From Octopus vulgaris (taxonomy: Eukaryota), in assembly GCA_951406725.2 (NCBI GenBank), contig OX597836.1, positions 27,776,001-27,840,000 on the forward strand: a stretch of DNA of 64,000 bases. Reading direction: 5' to 3'. A model generated the notes under the pieces. The model was not told the origin of the DNA. It did not search any database and saw only the letters and a list, made by a program, of their open reading frames with translations. This document shows positions 28,396 through 41,608 of the stretch, piece after piece. Each line of letters opens with the position of its first letter. Position 1 is the stretch's first letter. The translations under genes were made by a program, and so were the position numbers.

Positions 28396-28813
28396 GGATC
28401 TTTTCGATTTGAACGGCAGTTTTTTTTTTATATTTTCCACGTAACTAAACACTTTTAAACTTCGTATACTGGTAGAATGTGTTTATAAAACATCTTTTTC
28501 TCTTGGCTTTATTGAGAAAATTCTATAGTTTGCAAGATATTTGTTGTTGTTTTTCTTCAATTTCTGCAATTTCAACCAACCAATGACGTCTATTGAGGTG
28601 AAAACATTCTGTGCCGCATGAATATGTCCCTCGTTTAAGAAACAGATTGGGTTTATTTACATTTCTGAAGAAAAAAAGATACCCTTCCCCCCACCCCCAA
28701 CCCTAACCCTAAAACAGATTGAAATGCAATAGATCGATACTAGGGTCATAATTATGGGTGACAATTTCATATGACACCGCTTGAAAAAACTGCCGTTCAA
28801 ACCGAAAAGATCC
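28396..28813. mobile_element. MITE with GG...CC TIRs and 8-bp TSD (Merlin-like)
   Basis: TIRs GGATCTTTTCGATTTGAACGGCAGTTTTTT / AAAAAACTGCCGTTCAAACCGAAAAGATCC. TSD ATAATGTG at 28388-28395 and 28814-28821. Confidence 0.85.
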
Positions 28814-29109
28814 ATAATGTGTAATATTGTTTGTTGCCAACTGATATTGAAGATATGTTTATAATTTATTTCGTGCAATACATATCACCAAAGTGTTTAA
28901 AATTAATACTAAAATATTTTTTAAACACGCACTAAAACATCATCAGTGCTCCTTTAAATTATCTTCCCTGAATTACGTTAGTTGCGCTATTCTGTCGTCT
29001 GGAAGACCAACATTTAAAAGCTGTATTATTTACACATATGAAAACACACAAGTAATACACACACGCAAACATACTCATGCACACACACACACACACATTT
29101 ATGTATATA

Positions 29110-29510
29110 CTCTTTTACTCTTTTACTTGTTTCAGTCATTTGACTGCGGCCATGCTGGAGCACCGCCTTTAGTCGATCAAATCGACCCCGGGACTTATTC
29201 TTTGTAAGCCCAGTACTTATTCTATCGGTCTCTTTTGCCGAACCGCTAAGTGACGGGGACGTAAACACACCAGCATCGGTTGTCAAGCAATGCTAGGGGG
29301 ACAAACTCAGACACACAAACACACACATACATATATATACATATATACGACAGGCTTCTTTCAGTTTCCATCTACCAAATCCACTCACAAGGCATTGGTC
29401 GGCCCGAAGCTATAGCAGAAGACACTTGCCCAAGATGCCACGCAGTGGGACTGAACCCGGAACCATGTGGTTGGTTAGCAAGCTACTTACCACACAGCCA
29501 CTCCTGCGCC
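29110..29510 (-). mobile_element. major octopus-type tRNA SINE
   Basis: Near-identical to the 16190 and 19350 copies. Confidence 0.85.
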
Positions 29511-29514
29511 TCCA

Positions 29515-29606
<92 letters not shown>

Positions 29607-30165
29607 TATACGACATATATACGATATATAAATAATACTGGAAGAAAACCAGTCACCTACAGTATTGTTATCAACAGTGGCATACAACAGGGAAATTAGG
29701 GACCTACCAAAGGTTCTAGGGAACACAGATGTCTGGCGTCGCATCATGGAAACGCATCTCGGTCAATGGTTACAAATATGTGTGTGTGTGTGTGATTATT
29801 CAGTTTTATTTCAAGATTTCTCGCCAATAGAGAAAGAACCGGTTTCTAACCTAGATCCAAGGCTCCTTCATTGGAATTTCAACATCAACAACAGGGTATT
29901 TTTGTATGTATGTATGTATGTATGTATGTATGTATGTATGTATGTATATATGTATGTATGTATGTGTGTGCGTATGTATGTATGTATATGAAAGAAAACA
30001 GGGATTAAAACAGATTCAGGTGAATACCTGAATATCCAGGTGAAATAGACCCCACCTAATCAAGATATCCAATTGATGCAGCAAATTGTATAGGTTGTCA
30101 TCAATTTTTGTGACAGGTAGAATTTGTAAATCTGAAGAAGATCACCAATTATTTTTGTTGTATCA

Positions 30166-30675
30166 CCGTAAATCCTCGAGTATAGTCCGCCCTTGGGTAT
30201 AATACGCAGGGGACTTTTAGGGGGCTGTACCTCTGAAAAACCTAAACTTTGTGTATAATACTCACCCCTTCGCTAACTTGAGTTAAGGAGGTCTATATAA
30301 CGTCCTTGGTTTGTAAAACTGTATACGGTAACGTCCTTTATTATTATTGTATATATAACATAATGCAAACGTGTAGATTTTTTGTGCATTTTGTTTGCAG
30401 AAAATAAAGAAATAACAGTAATAACGTTTAATAAATGTTGCTTACTACAAGTTATGGATGATTCTTTTATGACTTCATTGCTTTCAGGCTTAGCTTAAGG
30501 TATTTTTGCGCCCGACATCACAAAATGCGTCTGAATAAACATTGCCGGGCAGCAAATAGAGACTCGGACATTGCTTAGAAAATATTTTTCATTTTTAACC
30601 TCGTATATAGTACGCACAAGGGATTTGACCTTTAAATTTGGCGGGGAAATGTGGATTATACTCGAGGATTTACGG
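30166..30675. mobile_element. pogo/Tigger-like MITE
   Basis: TIRs CCGTAAATCCTCGAGTATAGTCCGC / GTGGATTATACTCGAGGATTTACGG, followed by TA. Subterminal GTATA(A/G)TACGCA repeats. Confidence 0.8.
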
Positions 30676-31677
30676 TAATCACAGAGTATGTTTTAGAAGA
30701 AAAAACAAACAGCATATAAGATTAAAATGTATTTTCAACGATTCCTATAGTTTACACGTGTTTCGAATGAGATCTTGGCTGTTTAGCTGCCACTTTGTAC
30801 TTTCATCAATTTCTCTTCCAACTGATTTCATATTTGGTGTATTGACGTAGTTTTGTATGATAGACATGAAATTCATTTTCGCCATAAAATCAATAAATAA
30901 AGAGTTAATAGCTTTTAAAGTTTACAAATTTTGAGTAATTTTAGCCAATCGTAAGCCACAAGCTGTTTCCATAGTAACAAGTCAAACATGAGAACTATTT
31001 TGTCTGCGAGAAGGCACATGTGTTGACAAATATATTCTACACGAAACCACATGCGTTGACGCTGTGTTCTGCTGCTTGTGCCCATCTGCTACCAATGAGA
31101 GTTAACACTGAGCTGTCAGAAAGCCTCAGCTCTATAATAACTCAGTAAATACTAGTTACCTTTCTTTCTCTTCCTCGGCGTTTTAAAAATTACTTATGTG
31201 TATGTGCATGTGTGTGTAGTGTGTTTGTGTGTGTGTGTGTGTGCAGTGAGTGTGTGCGTGTGTCTATGCATGTATCTATGTGTTTACGAAAGTGTGTATG
31301 CAGCGTCACGTGTATATCCCTGAACGACAGCTGTATTAACGTTATCCATCCCGCTGCCACTCCATATTTGTCGCTTACACAACGTTGTTCTCCCCTTCTC
31401 TGGTATCAGGCACACTCACTATGCCACCACATTTCCCTCATACTAACACTTTTGCACCATTTCTCAGTTTATCTAATAGCAGCCCAACCCCACTAGGTGA
31501 CCATCATAGATTTTTATTGAAATCCAGTTAGCCTGTAATTGAACTGGATGTTAGTTTAACATATATGCAAAGTTTTGTCAAGATTGGTTCACTAGTGAAG
31601 GCAATAAGATGGTAACAGACAGATCGAAAGACAGAAATTGCCATTTATGTCTGTTTCTATATGTACGCGTCTATATT

Positions 31678-31735
<58 letters not shown>

Positions 31736-31737
<2 letters not shown>

Positions 31738-32131
31738 CGCAGGAGTGGCAGTGTGGCAAGTAACTTGCTTACGAACCACATGGTTCTGGGATCAGTCCCA
31801 CTGCGTAGTACCTTGGGTAAGTGTTTTCTACTATAGCCTCGGGCCGACCAAAGCCTTGTGAGTGGATTTGGTAGGTGGAAACTGAAAGAAGCCCGGCGTA
31901 TATATATATATGTGTGTATGTGCGTGTTTGTGTGTGTCTGTGTTTGTCCTCCCACATCGCTTGACAACCGATGCTGATGTGTTTACGTCCCCGTGACTTA
32001 GTGGTTCGGTAAAAAGAGACCGATAAAATAAGTACTAGGCTTACAAAGAATAAGACCTGGGGTCGATTTGATCGACTAAAGGCGGTGCTCCAGCATGGCC
32101 ACAGTCAAATGACTGAAACAAGTAAAAGAGT
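31736..32131 (+). mobile_element. major octopus-type tRNA SINE
   Basis: GGCGCAGGAGTGGCAGTGTGG head through GAAACAAGTAAAAGAG tail. Confidence 0.85.
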
Positions 32132-32258
32132 ATATGTGTGTGTAGCGGTGCTACACTTGGGAGATTGCAACAGTGGAACAGTTGAGCAAGTGGGAGAGAT
32201 GGAAAGAATTCCGAATCTACTTCCTGTAGCGAAGACGGGAGAGATATTCGGTGAAATA

Positions 32259-33462
32259 TTGAGTCATCTCATAAATAATGCGGTTTTTCAATTGCATGAA
32301 CTAAAAGTTGGAGGGGGATGGGATAAACTACCTGCATCAACTTGCTATAAAAGCAGGTTGTAATTTTACTTTGTCCTTAGTGCAATGTTCGAATTTAACA
32401 GTTTCCAAAGCAACAATGGAAGCGACAAAGGGGCATATTCAGCATATTTTGCTTTAATGAGTTCAATAAAAGTCCGAGGAATATTAATACAGTATATGTG
32501 AATCAGACAATAAGCGTAAGCCAGTGTCAACCGTGGTTCCAGAAATTCCGAGCTGGAAACTACAGCCTTGAAGACGAGTCTCATCTTGGAAGATCGGTAG
32601 AACTCGACGAAGCCGTCCTGCAAAACCCGGTGGTATGAAATCCCATCGTAACTATTGGGGAACTAGCAGAGAAGTTTAGATATGGTTATACAACCATTCA
32701 TCGACACCTGCATGCCATCTGAAAAGTCAGTAAATTGTGTCGATGGGTTCCTTACAAACTTTCAGAGTCTAATCGCGCGCAGAGAGTGAATGTGTGCTCA
32801 TCTTTGCTGCCACGTCTCATGAATAAACCTTTTTTGGACCGAATAGTGACTGGTGACGAGAAATGGTTATCTATAAAAATGTCAAGCGCCGACGACAGTG
32901 GGTAGGGAAAGAAGAAACACCAGCACCCCAGGCTAAAGGCCTTCAACCACGTATGGTGTTGTTATCTTTTTGGTGGGACATGAAAGGTTTAGTTCGCTTT
33001 TAACTTTTAAAGTCAAGCCAAACGATAACATAGGGGATCTACTGCAAGCAGCTTGAGCGGTTTCAGTCAGCGCTAGAAGAAAAACGACCATCTTTGGTTT
33101 CAAGACGAAAGGTGTTCTTCCATCAGGATAATGCTCGGAGCAACTTGAATGGGAAACTATACCTCACCCACCATATTTACCGGGCGTTGTCCCCATCTGA
33201 TTATCATTTATTCCGCAGTCTTAAAAATCATTCGGATGGAAAAAATATGAATTCTGTTGACAAGATCAGAACAGTACTAGAGGAGTATTTTTCGTCAGAG
33301 ACAACTGAATTTTGGAAGAGGAGATTAATAAGTCTACCAGATAGATGGAAGAGCATTGTAGAAAATGAGGGAGAGTTTATTTTAGATTAAAAAAGAACTT
33401 TATCTTAATTTTCAAAAATAAAAGAATTATAAAGAAACCACATTATTTATAGGATAACCCAA
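32259..33462 (+). mobile_element. decayed near-full-length mariner transposon
   Basis: TA-flanked TIRs TTGAGTCATCTCATAAATAATGCGGTTT / AAACCACATTATTTATAGGATAACCCAA. Motifs WVPYKL, IVTGDEKW, FHQDNAR and SPSDYHLFRSL. Stops and frameshifts. Confidence 0.9.
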
Positions 33463-33489
33463 TACATATCGGAGATCTTAGAGAGTTTG

Positions 33490-33760
33490 TCACCAAACAC
33501 TAGCATCGAGAGTTATACCAGACTCCGAACTGGACGTCACTGCTTTATTCCAAAGTTCACATCCATCCCGATGAGAGTGAAGACCAGGTACTGCAATAGC
33601 TTATGATTCAAAGGCCTACGGCCATTTAATGTCTTGCCAAAAACTTTGAAAGAACTTTATGGAGTGATGGGGTAGATATTTTCAAGAAGCAACTTGACCT
33701 TCATCACGGCAAAATACTCAAAAGAGGACTTCCTTCAGCAAAAACCAATCACATGATAAT
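33490..33760 (+). mobile_element. CR1-like LINE 3' fragment
   Basis: Decayed 'TRYCNSL.FKGLRPFNVLPK..DIFKKQLD', similar to the fragment at 47945-48380. Confidence 0.5.
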
Positions 33761-34082
33761 GGCATCGCTTCAGTGTTTGGGTTCAAAACGTATATATACT
33801 GTATACATTAGGCATTATGTTTGTATGCGTGTCTTTGTGCCAGTGTTTGTCCCCTTCTACCGCTTGACAACCAGTGTTAGTCTGTTTACGTCCCCATCAC
33901 TTAGCTGTTAGGCATACGATTCCTGTAGAATAAGCACCAAGCTTAGAAAATAAGTGCTTGGATCGATCGGTTCCATAAAACCTTTCAATGGTCTCAACCA
34001 GACCCAATGGAGACCGTGCGGCACGGTCTCCAAGCCCACCAAAACTTGATCCGTTTCCTTTTCTCTTTATTTTTCAGTCAAG

Positions 34083-35700
34083 ATGACCTTAAGAGTAGAT
34101 AGCATAAATGCACATGAACTGGAATCACCGTGAAAATATGGTCGCCTGATCAATGATCTCAGGTCACCAGGTGCGAATGTCTTAGCCGTCAGCGAGATCA
34201 GTATTTCCGATACACGCATCTTAGAATCCATTTTTGTGATTTTCAGGTCTTCGCATCTCCCACTTGATCCGAAATGGGAAGTGTGGGAGCGATGTTGTTT
34301 CGGAGAGGTCTGGATTTTGCGATACAGTCGACCTTCCTGGAATTGGACGGTAAGTAGGTGGTCCCAGACCTGAACAGTAATTATGTATTCCCCTACTGGA
34401 GTGGGTACTCGGACTTCTTCAGGCGTTTGGAGGTTTTTCTAGGGATGTCCTCCCTTTTTAGTGTTAGTTAGCAGCTGGAACGCTGTGTTGGATGCACATC
34501 TAGATTGTGTGGCACTAACTGATGGAAGAGAGAGAGTGCAAAAGCTTCGCAAACTTACTCAGTCATTTCCAACTGGCTGACAAGTATTGACTAGATTTCC
34601 GGAATGCGTCAATGTAGACATAGGCAAACAGCATAGGGTCATCCAGATTGTATCCACATAAAATATGCTGTAGATAAGGATAGCATAGGCTGTCCACTAT
34701 TCACTCAACAACTATGCAGACCACAAATTTGTGATTTGTCGGTCGACCCAGAAAGACTGCATAGGCAGGACCTGGTTACTGGAAACTGAATGCATCTTCC
34801 CTGGTGCGCAAAGTCTACAGAGACCAGATTAGAGAATTAATTAAGAGGAAGTTGAGAGGAACAATCGTCAACAACCGATGATAGTTAACCCTGAAAAAGG
34901 TTTTAAGATTAGAATAGATAAGGTTTAGTAAAGAAATAATGATAGAGAATTCTTGAGAAAATGGGCTCTCTAGGAACCTAGAAGAGGAGCTTAGAAAAGT
35001 TATTGTGGTTAACGTCTTGACTGCGAAATTAGCCGTTAAACAATTCTTCAACACCGAACAGGCAGGATGCATTGTCAGGGTCAAGTGCATACACTAAAGC
35101 ATGAGGGAATGAAAGCCGTTCGATGGTCCTGGAAGCAGAGGCGCAACATGGCAACAAAGCCACAATTCGATTTTTGACGGATCAGATTCGAGGCATATAT
35201 ATATATATATACGGTTTTCAGTGACACATCGCTCAGCAGCTTAGAGCGAACGGTGGCCCAGTGACGTGGGTGGGGTTTTTCGCCTACTTTGATGTCCTGC
35301 AACGGCTCTCAGCTTAACATGTGGAATTCTGCAAAAAGCCGATGACACCTGATGAAATACAAGAAGCGATGACGGGCTGCTCGATAGATAAGTCGCACTA
35401 GGCTGGGATGATCTTCCGTACAAGTTTTATCGTCATATGCTTAACCTATTCGGGGACCTCCTGGCAGCAAAATCGGAAAATTCTGAGATCTGCAAAAAAG
35501 ATCTGTAGTAGTGATGCTGAGAAAAAACCTGAACAAACTTGAGTGGTAGAGGGTGAGTGATTTTAACAACTTCAGGCCCGTAACTCTTTCAAATGTAGAG
35601 TTGGCGAAGAGGTTAGCGCTTGTCGTCGCTTCCCTAGTAGGTGAGACACAGATATGTGCCTTATCTATTTACGAAAACCTTTCCCTTACGCAACATTGCA
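34083..35700 (+). mobile_element. decayed Tx1/L1-like LINE ORF2 (APE endonuclease to start of RT)
   Basis: Fragmented motifs VLAVSE, DHKFVI, GPGYWKLNASSL, DDLPYKFY, NFRPVTLSNVE and LAKRL...LVGETQ. Confidence 0.75.
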
Positions 35701-36082
35701 GCGAAGAAGGGTTGAGACCGTTGAAGGGTTTTATGGAACCGATCGATCCAAGCACTTATTTTCTAAGCTTGGTGCTTATTCTACAGGAATCGTATGCCGA
35801 ACCTCTTAGTTATGAGGACGTAAACAGACTAACACCGGTTGTCAAGCAGTGGAGGGGGACAAACACAGGCACAAAGACACACATAGAGAGGGTAGATAAA
35901 GATAAAGATAATAATAATAATAATAATGATAATAATCCTTTCTACTTTAGGCACAAGGCCTGAAATTTTGGGGGAGGGGACCAGTCGTAATTGGTACTTA
36001 ATTTAGCAACCCCGAAAGGATGAAAGGCAAAGTCAACCTCGGTGGAATTTGAACTGAGAATGTGAAGACAGATGAAATACTA

Positions 36083-36650
36083 TTGGGTTGTCCAGAAAGT
36101 TCATGCCAATTTATAGTAGCTTACCTTTCGACTTATTTTAGAACATAGTTGAGAGTCCATAAAATAGGATTTGACTACACCTCCATTTAGAGAACAGTTT
36201 AAGCTATCTTTTCGTGGAAGAAGGTTTATGTTCCTATAACCTGTGTTAATTCTGTAACCCTTTAAAATGGAAGATAAGAAAGTTCATTTTCAGCACTTGA
36301 TGCTTTGGGAACCAGACAAAAATTGCTGCAGCTCGGCTGGGATGTGTTACCTCACCCTCCATATTCACCAGATATTGCTCCTTCAGATTTCCACTTATTC
36401 AGGTCTCTGCAGAATAGTCTTAATGGTAAAAATTTCAATTCCTTGGATAACGTAAAAAGATACCTTGATGAATTCTTTGCCACGAAACCACCTCAATTCT
36501 GGGAAGAGAGTATTTTCAAGTTAAAGGAAAGATGGAGACGCATTGTGCAACAAAATGGTTCATATTTGGTTGATTAAAAATGTAATGGCAAGTATCTATT
36601 GACCTTTTTCTTTCCTTTAAAAATCGGCACAAACTTTCCGGACAACCCAA
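36083..36650 (+). mobile_element. internally deleted mariner nested in a SINE
   Basis: TIRs TTGGGTTGTCCAGAAAGTT / AACTTTCCGGACAACCCAA. N-terminal MEDKKVHFQH lies directly next to C-terminal VLPHPPYSPDIAPSDFHLFRSL. Meta-core SINE sequence lies on both sides. Confidence 0.88.
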
Positions 36651-36721
36651 TGCTAAACATTTCACCCAGCAATAATAATAATAATGATAATAATAATAAT
36701 AACAATAATAATAATCATCAT

Positions 36722-36980
36722 AATCATCATCGTTTAACGTCCGTTTTCCGCGCTAGCACGGGTTGGACGGTTCGACCGGGTCTGCTCCAGGCTCCAGTCT
36801 GATCTGACAGAGTTTCTACGGCTGGATGCCCTTCCTAACGCCAACCACTCCGCGAGTGTAGTGGGTGCTTTTTACGTGCCACCTGCACAGGTGCCAGGGG
36901 TGGTCCGGCATCGGTCACGATCGGTTGGAGCTTTTAACGTGCCAGCGGCACGGAAGCCAGCCAAGGCGGCGCTGGCAACA
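36722..36980 (-). mobile_element. SINE/LINE 3' tail with (GAT)n end (RTE-like tail)
   Basis: CATCATCGTTTAACGTCCG...CTGGATGCCCTTCCTAAC block, also at ~44935, ~49362, ~51355 and ~52985. Confidence 0.65.
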
Positions 36981-37001
36981 TTAGTAATAATAATAATAAT
37001 A

Positions 37002-37034
<33 letters not shown>

Positions 37035-37257
37035 TGATCATGATGACAATGATGAACAATGATAAGAGTAAGTTAATTAAATCTAAGTTTGTTTTCATCA
37101 ATCTTCATTAAGGGTTAAATGAATGAAATTATGTGAGAAAAGAGTAAAATACAAAAATTTCCTTTAGATATTTATTTAAGAATTACATGTGTGTGTGTAT
37201 GTGTATACACACATGGATAGATAGATAGAAAGATAGATAGATAGATACATGTATGTA

Positions 37258-37313
<56 letters not shown>

Positions 37314-37386
37314 AAACAGATATATACAGAGATAAATATACATACATATGTATTATATATATATAATATATATATATATTATACTC

Positions 37387-37432
<46 letters not shown>

Positions 37433-38131
37433 CTATATACATATATATATATGTAGATATACATACATATATATATTGTACAAAGTTCATTAAATTATCT
37501 CCCTTTGATACCAAAATTCCCACCATGGTACACTGTGCCAGAAATGTCACCTACAAACAATAAAAAGAAATAAACAAACTTTAAAAAAAAAGGGCCCAAA
37601 AGGGGACAAACCCAACCACACCTTACAGTAAAGATGATGTTTTTGTAAGATGCTTCTGTGCTCCAGGACTGTGCATGCAAGTCAGAAAGTTTGAAAAACT
37701 GGGACCAAACCCTGCACATTGAGACAGCTGGGCGAAAGAGATAAATATGAGTTTCCACTCAGATCAGGGAATGTTCAGCTGCTGTATGTTGAATGTGGAA
37801 GTTCTATTGAACCCCCACAAGACAGTTACAGTGTGTATAATTGTTTATACATCCATTAGCTCATATGCATAGTTTGTATCTACATACAGATATGCTTTTT
37901 TTTTTTTATTAACACTGTAAAAACATCACACAAAAATCTGTTACTCAGAGTTTCAGGTTTCCGTTTGTCAGACAGTTGTGATTAAGAGTCTTTCATGGAA
38001 ACGTGAAACTTTGAATAGCAGCTTTTTTGTGAGGTTTTTGCAGCTTTGATAAAAAAAAAAACATATTACTCTACCTTCAGTAATTGAGTACTATTTTTTC
38101 CCACCTTGTTTTGCATTTATGTGCTTACTCA

Positions 38132-38235
<104 letters not shown>

Positions 38236-38290
38236 GTGTATATATATATGTATATTTATATATGTGTATATATATATATATGTATATTTA

Positions 38291-38324
<34 letters not shown>

Positions 38325-38329
38325 GGAGC

Positions 38330-38647
38330 ATTCTGTCAGTTACGACAATGAGAGTCCCAACTGATCTGATCAACGGAACAGCTTTCTCGTGAAATTAATG
38401 TGCAAGTGGCTGAGCACTCCACAGACATATGCAACCTTCACATAATTCTCAGGGAGATTCAGCATGACACAGAGTGTGACAAGGCCGGCCCTTTGAAATA
38501 CAGGTACTACTCATTTTTGCCAGCTGAGTGGACTGGAGCAATGTGAAATAAAGTGCCTTGCTCAAGGACACAACGCATCGCCAGGAATTGAACTCACGAC
38601 CTTACGATTATGAGCTGCATGCCCTAACCACTAAACCACACGCCTTC

Positions 38648-38648
<1 letters not shown>
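38330..38648 (-). mobile_element. tRNA-derived SINE (family of 666-1023)
   Basis: Shared body GAAATTAA..TGCAAGTGGCTG.GCACTCCACAGAC...CAGCATGACACAGAGTG and a tRNA-like head. Confidence 0.75.
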
Positions 38649-38700
<52 letters not shown>

Positions 38701-38808
38701 CCTGCTCGCTTAGCCAGCGGGGTGGCGTCATTCGAAGGCTAAAACAATGCGAACGCATTGTGACCAGCGATGTGTAACTACATCTGATGGACTGCTCGGT
38801 CACGTGAT

Positions 38809-38858
<50 letters not shown>

Positions 38859-38931
38859 AAGAATGTATCTTTTAAGGTGCGTATTTATGTGTGTATATGC
38901 ATGCATCTTTGTTTAAACGTGTACTTTTGCA

Positions 38932-38965
<34 letters not shown>

Positions 38966-39639
38966 TATCTCAGTTTAAAAGTAAGGTGTTAGTCTCAGTC
39001 TGTACCTCAAAATGTTAACCCGCTAAACATAGCGGAAGAGAACTAATGGCATTTCCAGTTGGGGGGTTTTATTTTTTTTTGCATGGTTGTTGCTGTTGTT
39101 GTTGTCGTTGTTATTGTTGTTTTTTTTGCTGACGTCCCTTCCCCTACCCCACCTCCCCACCAGCCAACATTCGAAGGATTTTTTTGTTTGTTTGTTTTGT
39201 CTCCCCCACCACTTCCTAAAGCTTCAAAGACGCACCATCTCACAAAACAACTCCGACCAAACTAAACCCTCTTTCACGAAAGAAAAGAAATAAATAAATA
39301 ACCCTATTTACTTCACCTCTTTAACATTTAAACCCTGCTATATCAGTCCACCTGTCTTTATGAGCAAACAGGCCAGATCTAGCCTTTCACACCTACCCTA
39401 CAAAGTCATTCTAAAAATAAAAAGCTGAGATAATGCACAATTAATTTAAAACAATGTGAATAAATAAGGATCAGATAGTGAAGGCGCAGGGCTCAGTGGT
39501 TGGAGCATCAGGCTCACAGGCATGAGATAGTGAGTTCAATTCACAGATCAGGCGGTGCGTTGTGTTCTTGAGCAAGACACTTTATTTCACATTGCTCCAA
39601 TTTATTCAGTTGTAAAAATGAGTTGAGACGTCTCTGAAG

Positions 39640-39927
39640 AGGAGAGGCTGGTATGCATGGGCGACTGCTGGCCTTCCATAAACAATATTGCCCGGACATG
39701 AGCCTCGGAGGGTAACTTTCTAAGTGCAATCCCATGTTCATTCATGACTGATGAGGGTCTTAACCCTTTACCCTATGTATATATTATGGTGTGGAGAGGG
39801 GAGGTTGGTAGGTATGGGTGACTGCTGGCCTCTCATAAACAATATTGCCCAGACATGTGCCTCAGAGGGGAACTTTCTAGGTGCAATCCCATGGTCATTC
39901 ATGACCGCAGGGGGTCTTTACCCTTTC
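39640..39927 (+). repeat. tandem duplication of a ~150-bp SINE 3' unit
   Basis: GACTGCTGGCC...AAACAATATTGCCC...GTGCAATCCCATG...CTTTACCCT occurs twice in tandem. Confidence 0.75.
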
Positions 39928-40913
39928 CTTTACATTTGAAAGCAATCTAAATGCTAAAAAGTTAAACCTTTAGCATTTAAGCCAGTTACATCCAGCCCAG
40001 ATAGTCTACCTACTTAATGTGCAAACTAGCCAGATCCAACTTCTCACACCTGCCCCACACTGTCATCTTAAAGGTAATGCAAGATCAATTTAAAACATGT
40101 GAATAAATAAGCAATACATTTGACAGAGCAATCTGAATGCTAACGGGGTAAAATAATTGATTAATTAATGAATTAGTAAATGAAACAACAAAAAGAGAGA
40201 ATAAATGAAATACAAACAAATCCCACAGACAGGTGGCACCATCTATTGAGGCATTGACTCATAGCTCAGCTGTGATTGAGCTGACCTAGAGGTCAAAGGC
40301 AGTCCCATCATGACCATCCTGTCTTTTTCAGATGTACAAGAAACCCAAAATATGCTTTTCTTAGATGTCAGAGATTAATTTGAAGGAAAATTTGACTGTT
40401 ATATTTAGTTGACCGAGTAACCTAGCGGTTCTCTTGTCAGCTCGGTGTCCAAGAAGCAAAATAATACTGGTACCTTAATGGTGGTGGTAGTGGTGCTGTG
40501 ATGGTGGTGGTGGTGGTGGTAGTGGTAGGAGAGCAATCTGGAAGATCAAGCAACAGGTGTGTGTGTGTGTGTCTGTGTATGTGTGTGTGTGTGTGTGTAT
40601 GCATGTGCGAGTGTCTGGAGTGGGGGTCAAGGAGGAAGAGGTCGGAATTCTACTAGCAACTCCCACCTACTACCACCCCACCCAGCTACCCATATCGTGA
40701 AGGTGATATGGGTGGGTGGGTGGGTAGGAGAGGAAGAGATATGGACACGCAGTACCAGCAACAACAACAACAAGGAAAGAGAAGACAAACACGATAACAG
40801 CAACGGTGATGCAGATGATTAAAATGGCTGATGACGATGACACTGGTGATGATGAGGATGCTGGATGGATGGTGATGGTGATGGCTAATGACAGCAGCAG
40901 TGGTGGCGGAAGA

Positions 40914-41126
40914 TCACGACAGACGCACGGCAGCAAAGGGACTGTCTTTCTTGATGCCTCGGACCAGTTCCTTTTCTTGTTTCTTCCGGAGATGTTCCTG
41001 CTGCCGTGCTTCCCGCTCAACTCGTTTCTTCTCCTTGATTGTGGCGTCCACTTGCCAGGACAGGTCTTCGCTGGCCTCTTCCCAGCATTTGCCATTCTCT
41101 TCCCAAATACCAAGCTCAGTGTCTTG
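40914..41126 (-). CDS. EBAG9: EBAG9/RCAS1 coding exon 4 (terminal; QDTELGIWEE...coiled coil...AAVRLS*)
   Basis: Matches the EBAG9 C-terminus (ELG..W.E...WEE...W..E..+REKR..EQ.RKK.EKE...GVKLS). tggcag| acceptor and TGA stop. Confidence 0.92.
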   Translation of the reverse strand, partial: QDTELGIWEENGKCWEEASEDLSWQVDATIKEKKRVEREARQQEHLRKKQEKELVRGIKKDSPFAAVRLS

Positions 41127-41552
41127 CTGCCAGGAAAGAAGAGAAGAGAGAGGGTGAGAGGGAGAGAGACAAGTGAGAGAGAGACAGGTCAGAAAGAGAG
41201 ACAAGTGAGAGACAGAAACAAGTGAGAGAGAAACAAGAGAGAGAGAGAGACAAGTAAGAGAGAGACAAGTAAGAGAGAGAGAGGACAGGTTAGAGATAAC
41301 CAATGACTGGTTTAAACACACACATACTGACACACAGTCACACAAACACACACATACATACACAAACACACTTACTCAGATGTACACACTGACACAGGCA
41401 AACACACACACACACACATACATGCACACATACATACATACACAAACACACACTCAGATGTACACACTGACACAAACAGATACACACATACAAATGTATG
41501 CATAAAACTTACTTTGAAAAGGATGTGTGGCTTTCAATCATATAATAATATA

Positions 41553-41596
<44 letters not shown>

Positions 41597-41608
41597 TATA
41601 TATAAATA

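Noticed and set aside
30748-30812. Minus-strand UUGAUGA...GAAACACGUGUA hammerhead-like motif
   Set aside because: C3 is mutated and stems I and II pair poorly. It is too degraded to call, though it may belong to the same element class.
40670-41225. Overlapping ORFs 40806-41225(+), 40888-41157(+) and 40670-41113(-)
   Set aside because: Shadow frames of EBAG9 exon 4 and of trinucleotide repeats in its 3' UTR.
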